Origin: Octopus bimaculoides | Lineage: Eukaryota | NCBI RefSeq assembly: GCF_001194135.2 | Contig: NC_068984.1 | Location: forward strand, 77,243,174 to 77,307,173 | DNA length: 64,000 nt | Direction of reading: 5' to 3' | Part shown: in pieces, positions 52,924 through 61,163 of the stretch | How positions within the stretch are numbered: position 1 is the first letter of the stretch | How the letters are laid out: the number at the start of each line of letters is the position of its first letter | The notes under the pieces: generated by a model | What the model saw: the letters and a program-made list of their open reading frames with translations, nothing else | What the model was told of the DNA's origin: nothing | Database searches by the model: none | Program-made: the position numbers and the translations under genes

Positions 52924-53309
52924 NNNNNNNNNNNNNNNNNNNNNNNNNNNNNNNNNNNNNNNNNNNNNNNNNNNNNNNNNNNNNNNNNNNNNNNNNNNNN
53001 NNNNNNNNNNNNNNNNNNNNNNNNNNNNNNNNNNNNNNNNNNNNNNNNNNNNNNNNNNNNNNNNNNNNNNATATATATATATATATATATACGTAGAATA
53101 CGCTTGTCTGTTCCATCGTGTAGTAATGTCATTGACTTTCTTTTTATTTCAGCATTGGCAATGTCGTCTGTTGTTTACATTATTCCACTACGGTATCGCC
53201 GTCAGCCAATCATGGATATTTATCGAAGGACTTTATCTTCAGATGTTATTTTATCGAACACTTATGACTCAACAACGAGGCATCAAGCTCTACATCATAT
53301 TTGGATGGA
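33853..53309 (+). CDS. Partial gene model (5 internal exons) of a class B1 secretin-family GPCR, PTH-receptor-like; 5-prime and 3-prime exons not located
   Basis: Manual splicing at AG/GT sites with compatible phases (1-1, 1-0, 0-2, 2-0, 0-1) gives 642 nt without stops: [213 protein letters not shown]. Class B1 hallmarks are CxxxWDxxxCW, CP, CxxxGxW, WxxYxxC, GYxxSL, HxNLF, WxxxEGLYL and xGW. Confidence 0.95.
34137..34550 (-). mobile_element. SINE family A fragments (3-prime half at 34137-34238; tail-to-head deleted copy at 34425-34550)
   Basis: Reverse complements of family A segments around a TA/CA microsatellite. Confidence 0.8.
37693..38260 (-). mobile_element. Cluster of three co-oriented SINE family B copies separated by (AAT)n
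   Basis: Copies at about 37693-37800, 37820-38035 and 38077-38260; the two longer ones have ggtacttaatttatc.accccgaaaggatgaaa..caaagtcga. Confidence 0.88.
38722..38834 (+). CDS. GPCR exon B: hormone-binding domain (Cys5-Cys6)
   Basis: ttttttctcttctAG acceptor and GTAAGT donor; 113 nt, phase 1-0; encodes [37 protein letters not shown] with sequon NKT. Confidence 0.96.
40097..40191 (+). CDS. GPCR exon C: stalk and TM1
   Basis: gctctttcAG acceptor and GTGAGT donor; 95 nt, phase 0-2; [31 protein letters not shown] aligns without gaps to PTH1R-type DRxxxIxTxGYxxSL (recalled sequence). Confidence 0.95.
40380..40990 (-). mobile_element. hAT (Tol2-like) transposon 5-prime fragment: terminal motif, subterminal repeats and BED-finger start of the transposase
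   Basis: The reverse strand starts TAGTGTTGCTAATCCGCTAA at 40990. There is a 29-bp direct repeat (40878-40906, 40914-40942) and many AGCTAA motifs. The ATG at 40583 reads [13 protein letters not shown]...[21 protein letters not shown], like the PWPYL..MKCVLC BED motif of Tol2 (recalled). Confidence 0.65.
41343..41561 (+). mobile_element. SINE family B, full-length
   Basis: Colinear with the 16535 copy through the central domain; tail caaaatttgaaaccattatt. Confidence 0.88.
42658..43440. repeat. Purine-rich (GA/GGA) low-complexity tract with a gaagagaagtagga(g/a)t minisatellite
   Basis: Plus strand almost C-free; units of about 16 bp repeated at 43030-43140; flanked and interrupted by gaps. 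Confidence 0.9.
46023..46170 (+). mobile_element. SINE family B, degenerate
   Basis: ggcggtgtgctggcagaat...ctttgcctttcatcct...aaataagtatcagttgaacactg. Confidence 0.8.
47910..48180 (-). mobile_element. CORE-type SINE of a further family, degenerate
   Basis: Reverse tRNA-like head (ggaatcgaaaccacgatc..ccattaggccacgcatcttca), CORE-like ttcaagaacacaa and ccccactgaacgggacaccagtccatc body. Confidence 0.55.
48262..48488 (+). mobile_element. SINE family B, near full-length with (AAAT)n tail
   Basis: Colinear with the 16535 copy, including the tgtttgtcccctctatgtttagc 3-prime region. Confidence 0.88.
49020..49235 (+). mobile_element. SINE family B, degenerate
   Basis: gcagaatcgtta..acgccgg.c.aaatgcttagcggcatttcgtc...ttctgagttcaaattccgc. 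Confidence 0.82.
49595..49757 (+). CDS. GPCR exon D: ICL1, TM2 and long ECL1
   Basis: Poly-T tract with cctgctAG acceptor and GTAAGT donor; 163 nt, phase 2-0; [54 protein letters not shown]. Confidence 0.95.
50821..50922. repeat. 20-bp minisatellite: four perfect copies plus partial units
   Basis: GGAGAGATTCGTTCTTCTGC at 50834, 50854, 50874 and 50894, with partial units on both sides. Confidence 0.97.
53153..53309 (+). CDS. GPCR exon E: TM3, ICL2 and start of TM4
   Basis: tttttatttcAG acceptor and GTAAGT donor; 157 nt, phase 0-1; [52 protein letters not shown]. Confidence 0.96.
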
Positions 53310-53591
53310 GTAAGTGACGCCATAGAGCACTTAGAATCTTTCTATATATATATATATTTTTCTCTACTTAAAACCTATCTAATTTCATGAGTATTTTTGT
53401 TTATTATATTCTTGTCAATTTTTAGTATGGAATGATATTTAGTGATTTGTTACAGGTTGCTATCCTTATGTTGCGTGTCCCCCGTCTAAGTAGGAACGTA
53501 TTTCATTATGCAACCATTGCTCTTTTTGTCGCATCTACATTTTTTTTACTACCTCCTACAGAATGTTTATTAATATTATTTAAGAGAGTAA

Positions 53592-53732
53592 AGCCGCGAG
53601 CTCGCAGAATTGTTAGCACGTTGAGACAAATGCATAGCTGTATTTCGTCTGTCTTTACGTTCTGGGTTCAAAATCGAATTACCCACTCCCCAAGAATTTC
53701 TGGTCTTGTGCCAAAATTTGAAATCAATATTA
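53592..53732 (+). mobile_element. SINE family B, internally deleted
   Basis: Head gcgagctcgcagaattgttagcacg and tail ccaaaatttgaaatcaatatt. Confidence 0.7.
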
Positions 53733-54600
53733 CATAAGAGAGTGAAGGCGCATGGATTAGTGCTAAGTGTGATTGACTCATGTTTATAAAAGTACGGGTT
53801 CAATCCCTGGGCCTTAGTGGGTGAGTTGTATCATTATGCAAGACGCCTCATTTCAAGCTGTTCCAGTTTTCTCAACTGTAGAGGGGCACCAGCTTGGTGC
53901 CGGCCCAACATGCTTTTCCTCCGCTTTTCATTTCCTGCATATTTTTCTAAGTCAAGGTGAGGGGACCGAGTGGATGTTTATGTCTGCTCGCGACTACTCA
54001 GGCACCTAAAACAATTAGCGAAAACTGGGCACTCGTTATCAAGTCTTGTCATTGCACATGTAAGTGATCAGTAAATTTTCTCAGAATATTTTCGTGGTAT
54101 TTCATTGGAATGTTTTGTTTGAGCTCAAATGTTATCGGGGTTGATAAAATATATTATAATTCAAGTCCTGTCTCCAGGGCTTGAATAACGGCATTCTTTA
54201 ATTGGTTGATTCCTACTCCTGTTCTTATTCTAAATGCATTGATTTTGGCGGAATATTACATGCGTCAGACAAACTGAGAATTTGGGAGGATAAAGTTAAA
54301 ATAAGAGAAAGAAAACGAGGAAGAAAACTGGTAGAGCTATAAATGGAACGATAGGCTTAATGCAGGAAGCTTGGTACTTGGCCAGGTCAGTGACTGCAGT
54401 AAATATCTTGTCGATAGTACTATTCACATACATATCTGTAAAACCTATATATATATATATTTACCTGCCGTTGAGATCATGCTAATGACTACAAAAATAT
54501 TCATAGTGTCCTACGTATATTTACGTTGAATAGTAGACTCTCAAAAACACGTTCACACATATGTATAAACGTACACACTTTCACAAATACATACATAATT

Positions 54601-54712
54601 CATTTCTATTAAAGGCAGTAAGCCTGAAATTTTGGGGAAGGGAACTAGTCGGTTACATTGACACCAGTGTTTCACTAGTACTTAATTTATCGGCCCGAAA
54701 AGGCGAAAGGGA
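54601..54712 (-). mobile_element. SINE family B, 3-prime portion
   Basis: gcctgaaattttgggg...tacattgacaccagtgtttcactagtacttaatttatcggcccgaaa. Confidence 0.72.
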
Positions 54713-54872
54713 CATATTATAGGGTCTTTATTTGATTTTTTTATTAGAAGTTTTTTAAAATAAAAAATACTGCATTTTATGTTACATTCACGTCTTTCAA
54801 AGATTTTAATATTTTTACTTCCGGTTTTCCAGTGTCAGTGACGTAACATATCTCCTTATGTATACCTCTCTA

Positions 54873-54907
<35 letters not shown>

Positions 54908-56420
54908 ATCTCTATCTCCTTGTAACATCTATCTATATCTCTTGTTTTCACTTTCATTTTACAGACCTTATTCTTTTCATTTTCAATTTTCATACGCCAT
55001 TGTTTAACTTCCATTTTATTGTTTACATTGTAAGTCTAAGTTTTGAATCCCTATTTACAAACAAACAACGACAAATTACTGACAGAAACAAATTCACAAT
55101 TACTGATATAAGTAATTTCATTGGTTCACTGAGTGACAAATTTCCCTTCAACCCCTACAATACTTTCTTTTCCGTTAAAATTTCTTATATATTTTCTGCC
55201 TGTCGTATTAAGAACTACAGATTTCTGCCCCCCCCCCCAACATAATTTCCATGGTATAACTTTCAGAATTATGGATATTTCTTCATAAAATATTCTACGA
55301 ATATGTGTTCTATCATGTCAGTTTCGAATATATAAAACTTTGGGGAGTAACTGTTTTAGGAGGGGGTGGAGATTTTACGAAAATTCACCCGAGTCTACTT
55401 CAGTTCGTCTTAACTTACAAGAAAAATGAATATTTNNNNNNNNNNNNNNNNNNNNNNNNNNNNNNNNNNNNNNNNNNNNNNNNNNNNNNNNNNNNNNNNN
55501 NNNNNNNNNNNNNNNNNNNNNNNNNNNNNNNNNNNNNNNNNNNNNNNNNNNNNNNNNNNNNNNNNNNNNNNNNNNNNNNNNNNNNNNNNNNNNNNNNNNN
55601 NNNNNNNNNNNNNNNNNNNNNNNNNNNNNNNNNNNNNNNNNNNNNNNNNNNNNNNNNNNNNNNNNNNNNNNNNNNNNNNNNNNNNNNNNNNNNNNNNNNN
55701 NNNNNNNNNNNNNNNNNNNNNNNNNNNNNNNNNNNNNNNNNNNNNNNNNNNNNNNNNNNNNNNNNNNNNNNNNNNNNNNNNNNNNNNNNNNNNNNNNNNN
55801 NNNNNNNNNNNNNNNNNNNNNNNNNNNNNNNNNNNNNNNNNNNNNNNNNNNNNNNNNNNNNNNNAGGTTTGATTTTTTTATTACACAAACATCCCTTTAA
55901 AATTATGCAATTAAACATTTGGCGCCCAAAAAATATGGGCATTATTTTGCTGGAACTCGCACACTTCGTTTATTTACGTAAACTTATTTTATTTATTTTC
56001 TTTTTCACGCTGTCTTAAGCTCTTTGTATTTATAAGCCACACACGCACACGTGTTTTTGCATGTACGTTTGTATACATTTATGTATAGTATGTGTGTCTG
56101 TATGTGTGTAAATGAGTGATGGGGTGTGTTGTCATGTATTCGTACATACATAAATACATATGTATACATCTTTTCCGTGTATATGTATGTGTGTGTGAGG
56201 GAGATTGATATCTAAGTGTCATTCTTTCTCTCTCTCTAACACACGCGCGCGCGCACACACACAAACATACAAGAAATATGTACGTCTATTATTTATGTAT
56301 GTACATATATATGACAACACACACCTTCACTCTCTCTCTCTCTCACACACACACACACCTCCATTTTATCTGTGGTTTGATACTGTATGTATATGTATCT
56401 GTGTGTGTGTGTGTGTGTGC

Positions 56421-57420
56421 AGAGGAATATTCTTTCTTGATGCTCCTGGTGACACACGCAAAACGTTTGTAACATTGCTTCTCTCCAAAGCAAGGCAACA
56501 AAACAAAAATTGCAGTTGCTGTGCCATTGTCTGGCTTTGCTGCTACCATTCTCGGAGAAGGACGAACAGCTTATTCTGCTTTTAAATTACCACTAAACTT
56601 AGTCACAAGTGACAGTCTAAATCGTAACATAAGCAAAGATTCAGGTTCAGCAGAAGTGTTGTGCCAATGCTACCTATCAATTGGAATGAATGCACCATGT
56701 TACATAGAGGTGCAATGGAAGCTCTTGGTAAAACCTTACAGGATATCAGAGGCAACAAAAAATTTATGGGAGGAGTTATATTAGTTTTATCAGATGACTT
56801 CAGAGAAACATTACCAGTCGTTCTGAAACGAACAAGATCTGATGCAATAAAAACATGCATTATGTCTTCATACATATGGAATAAAGTACTGAAATTCTTC
56901 TTCAATACTTACGTGCCAGCTTCATTACATGGGGACCAATGCGCAAAATAGTTTTCAACCTACCTCCTCCAATTAGGAAATAGGAAAGTACCACTTGATG
57001 GGAATGATGATATCAGTTTGGCTCATATTGCTATCATGGTGAATTCCCCAGCTGAATTGAAGAACAGGGTGATTCCAGACTTAAAAGTAATAATTATAAT
57101 TCATATAAATGGTTGTGGGAAAGGACAATTCTTAATCCAAACAATGAGACAATAGCAAGAATTAACCATGAATTAATGAATATGATTCCAACAGTCATTA
57201 AGAAGTACAAATCAGTTGATTCAGTCCTTGATGAAAATCAAGCTGTCCATTACCTAACTGAATTCCTTAATTCTCTTGAGCCACCTGGAATTCCTCCACA
57301 TAAACTTTTTCTGGAGGTAGGAGTGCCAATAGGGCTTCTAAGGTATTTAGATCCTCATGAATTATGCAATGGGACAGGGTTGATTGTGAAGACATTATCA
57401 CCGAATGTGACAGAAGCTAC
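56421..57420 (+). pseudogene. Helitron-derived PIF1-family helicase fragment (frameshifted, inactive)
   Basis: GIFFLDAPGDTRKTF (Walker A normally GGTGKT), GRTAYSAFKLPLNL, WNECTM (Walker B normally DE), GGVILVLSDDFRETLPVV, RTILNPNNETIARIN, EFLNSLEPPGIPPHKLFLEVGVPIGLLRYLDPHELCNGT. Confidence 0.92.
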
Positions 57421-57522
57421 CATGCAGCTGGTAAGCAAACTTCTTACCACACAGCTACACCTATATGCATACGTATATACATTCATATATATAAATATAT
57501 ATACACACATGTGTATATACAC

Positions 57523-57615
<93 letters not shown>

Positions 57616-57684
57616 CATGCATATTCATATATATATATGTGTGTGTCTGTGTCTGTGTATGCATGCGTGTGTCTTTGCGTTTGT

Positions 57685-57900
57685 GTTTGTCATTCCACCA
57701 CCACTTGATCACCGGTGTTAGTTTGTTTATGTCTGCATAACCTGTGATTCAGCAACAGAGACCGATAAAAAAGGTATCAGGATTGAGAAAAATGCACATA
57801 GGTTGATTTCTTTTCGACTAAAGTCCTCAAGGTGTTGCCTCACCATATCCGCATTCCAATAACTGAAATAAGTACCAGAAAGTGAAAAATAGTTATATAG
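57685..57900 (+). mobile_element. SINE family A, degenerate 3-prime half
   Basis: ccaccacttgatcaccggtgttagtttgtttatgtc...agagaccgata...gactgaaataagt-like tail. Confidence 0.6.
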
Positions 57901-58364
57901 GGAGAAGATATATGTAGTGATATGTAAATAGGCATGGAGGTATATACGCATGGATAAATACGTTCGTATACACACAGAGATACAGGCAATCACGTATAAA
58001 CAAATACATACACATATGTATATCAACTGATTCGTTAGATTCGCTTCTGTTTCTTTCATTGCCAAATCTATTTTCATTGTACTTACCTCACCTTGTTGCT
58101 TTTTCTTTATATATCTATACTTCTTTCAGTCTTGTTTCGTTGTCTGTCTCACTTCATCTATTATTTCTTTTCTACTCTCAGCCTCATTAACTAACTCATG
58201 ACATTTCAGTAATTTTCACCTATTTCGTATATACATGCATACATGCATGCATACATACATACATACATACATACATACATACATTCACAGGTACATAAAT
58301 ACATACATATGCATACGTACATAATATATAGATAAAACAAAACATATAAATCTGCACTTGTACA

Positions 58365-59267
58365 TACGAGAGTGTACCTAAAACGGACCGGAATTTTGCA
58401 ATATTATTTTATTCACTTAGTTTTATACGTTTACAATTTAATCACCTTCAAAGTATTCTCCATTTGAAACACTGTATCGGTCCAGACGCGTTTTCCACTG
58501 TTGAAAGCAGTACTTATACTCGTTCAAAGTGATGCCATTTAAGGCTTCCGTCGTTTTTTTTTTCTTCGCGTCTTCTACATCTGCTTATTCCGTAGCACCG
58601 GCTTTTGTCACTAGTAATGACCTTCGGAAAAAGGTCCGGATCAACTTCCAATTATTCTTTCAGTTCACGCATTCAGTCGTGACTGTTTTTGATGTTCCGT
58701 GAGCAAGCGAGGCACAATTTTTGCTGCAACTCTCTTCATTCGCAATTCCTCGCTCAAAATTCGTTGGCAGGAGCTCTGGGACACACAGGTCATATCTACA
58801 AGCGTGTCAATTGTTCCGTGACGGTCCTCCAATATCAGTTCGTGAATTTTCATGATGTTTTCATTCGTTCGGGACGTCAATGGTCGCCCTGAACGAGGTT
58901 GGTCCTCAAGCAACAAGTGAAAACCACTCTTAAACCAGTGATTTGCTCATGGCGGCAGCTTTGTAAGTTGTTCGAAGCATGACAACTGTTTCGGCTGTCG
59001 TTTTCCCCAGCAGAAGAAAAAACAACAAAATTTCACTGAAGCACGCTGTTTCTTTGTTTCAGCCATCGCAAGAAATCTTGAAATAAAACTGAATAATGAC
59101 ATACAGAAGCATTGTAAAACACGTGGCAGTATGACACGAGTGGACAACGCCGGTCTGCAGACTGATGCCTGAGGGTTGCATCAAGTGGCTTCTGACGGGG
59201 AAAACCTGAACTACAATGGGTTTGTCCCACAGAGAACGTTTCCGGTTATTTTGGGTACCCCCTCGTA
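58365..59267 (-). mobile_element. mariner transposon internal-deletion derivative with both TIRs and TA flanks
   Basis: TIRs tacgagagtgtacctaaaacggaccggaa (58365) and, on the reverse strand, tacgagggggtacccaaaataaccggaa (59267). Peptides KQRASVKFC and LEDQPRSGRP..RVAAKIVPRLLTEHQKQSR; KVITSDKSRCYG is fused to the C-terminal WKTRLDRYSVSNGEYFEGD*. Confidence 0.93.
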
Positions 59268-59519
59268 CGTACATACATACATACAAAAATATCCTGTAGT
59301 TGCTTTTGAAATTCCAGTGATGGAACCTTGGATCTAGGTTAGAAAGCGGTTCTTTCTCTATTGGCCAGAAATCTTCAAATAAAACTGAGTAATGACATAC
59401 ATACATACAAACATACATACATGCATACATACATACATACATATATACGTACATAATATGTGTGAGTGTACGCAAGTATATATGCATAAATATACCCACG
59501 CAACTATATGCATAGTTAA

Positions 59520-59945
59520 ATGTGGTTGTGTCATAACAAGATTGCTTGTCAATCATTGTCTCGAGTTCAGTTCTAAAGTGCGGCAACTTGGCCGACCAAA
59601 GTCTCGTGAGTTGATTTGGGAGTCGGAAACGAAAAGGATGTCATACATGTGTGTGTATGTGTATGTGTGTGTGTATGTGTGTGTGTGTATGTGTGTGTAT
59701 GTGTATGTGTGTGCGTATAGGAAGTATCTGTGCTTATATGTTTCTTTGTGTATTTATTTGTCCCCCATAAACAATTGACGACCGGTGTTAGTTTGTTTAT
59801 GCACCCGTTATCTTGCGGTTCGGAAAAGTAAAAGCGATAGAATGAGAACTAAGCTTTAAAAGAAAATAAATACTGGGATCGATTTGTCCGACTATAACTT
59901 TCGAGGCTGTGCCTCAGCATGGTCGCAAGAAATAAATGATAAAAG
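59520..59945 (+). mobile_element. SINE family A, old full-length copy
   Basis: Degenerate head, internal TG/TA microsatellite and degenerate 3-prime half in the same order as the 9051 copy. Confidence 0.7.
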
Positions 59946-60098
59946 ATAGGACTAAAGACGTATGCATAGACGCGAGCGCGCGACACACATACGTACATGT
60001 ATATATAAACACACACACAGACAGACAGAGAGACAGACAGGCAGACAGACAGACAGACAGGCAGACAGACAGGCAGACAGACAAACAGACAGACAGAC

Positions 60099-60187
<89 letters not shown>

Positions 60188-60327
60188 TAGAGATAGATAG
60201 ATCTTTCTGTGAATGTTATATGTAACTGTTTCTAACCAAGCCTTATATGATACAGTCAGCAAATGTGGAACGTAATTTGACAGGGATGAAGAAAGAAGCC
60301 AAAAACAACATAGAATCACCAGCAATA

Positions 60328-60366
<39 letters not shown>

Positions 60367-60377
60367 AATGTATGTAC

Positions 60378-60413
<36 letters not shown>

Positions 60414-60761
60414 TTGCACATATATAGATGCACCCGAGAGAACATATAAATGAAACATCAGCCTGACGAACGAAATCTTTTTCGCTTGCTTATTTGTGTT
60501 TTTTGCATCAAGTATATTCTCTGGAGTGATTTATGAGTGGATAATTAACAGTTGAGTATCAAAATATCATAATATATCATTTTTATCGCATATCGCACTT
60601 GCAGCTGATCTTTTTGTTTTTGTTTTTTTGTTTTTTCTATTCTTCTATCTGTTGTTTCTCATATCTTCCCTTTTTCGTTCCCTTTCCTCAATGCCACGGA
60701 GATCTCTTTTCTTCTAATATGTTATTCCCCAAACTTTCATCTTCCTATAAATCCCTCATAC

Positions 60762-60762
<1 letters not shown>

Positions 60763-60821
<59 letters not shown>

Positions 60822-60824
60822 GTA

Positions 60825-60879
<55 letters not shown>

Positions 60880-60955
60880 TGATTATTATTATCATTATTA
60901 TCATTATTATTGTTATTATTATCATCATTATTATTACCGTTATTATTATTATTTT
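60763..60955. repeat. (AAT)n followed by (ATT/ATC)n microsatellite
   Basis: Directly visible. Confidence 0.95.
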
Positions 60956-61082
60956 AATTTTCATCTAATATATAGTTTTCAATCCCATTTTCCTCTCTGA
61001 TTTTATCTCTAACGTTCCATACCTCAATTTGTGCAAGAGTGTCCGTACGCGTGTATATATATGCGCGCGCGCTGTGTGTGCC

Positions 61083-61163
<81 letters not shown>

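Noticed and set aside
54965-55029. AG...GTAAGT-bounded 65-nt segment downstream of exon E
   Set aside because: It translates to NLILFIFNFHTPLFNFHFIVYI, lacking the TM4 Pro/Trp pattern and the ECL2 CW; pyrimidine-rich intron sequence
60463-60476. CTGACGA-AC-GAAA, a third hammerhead-like core
   Set aside because: No pairing for stems I, II or III
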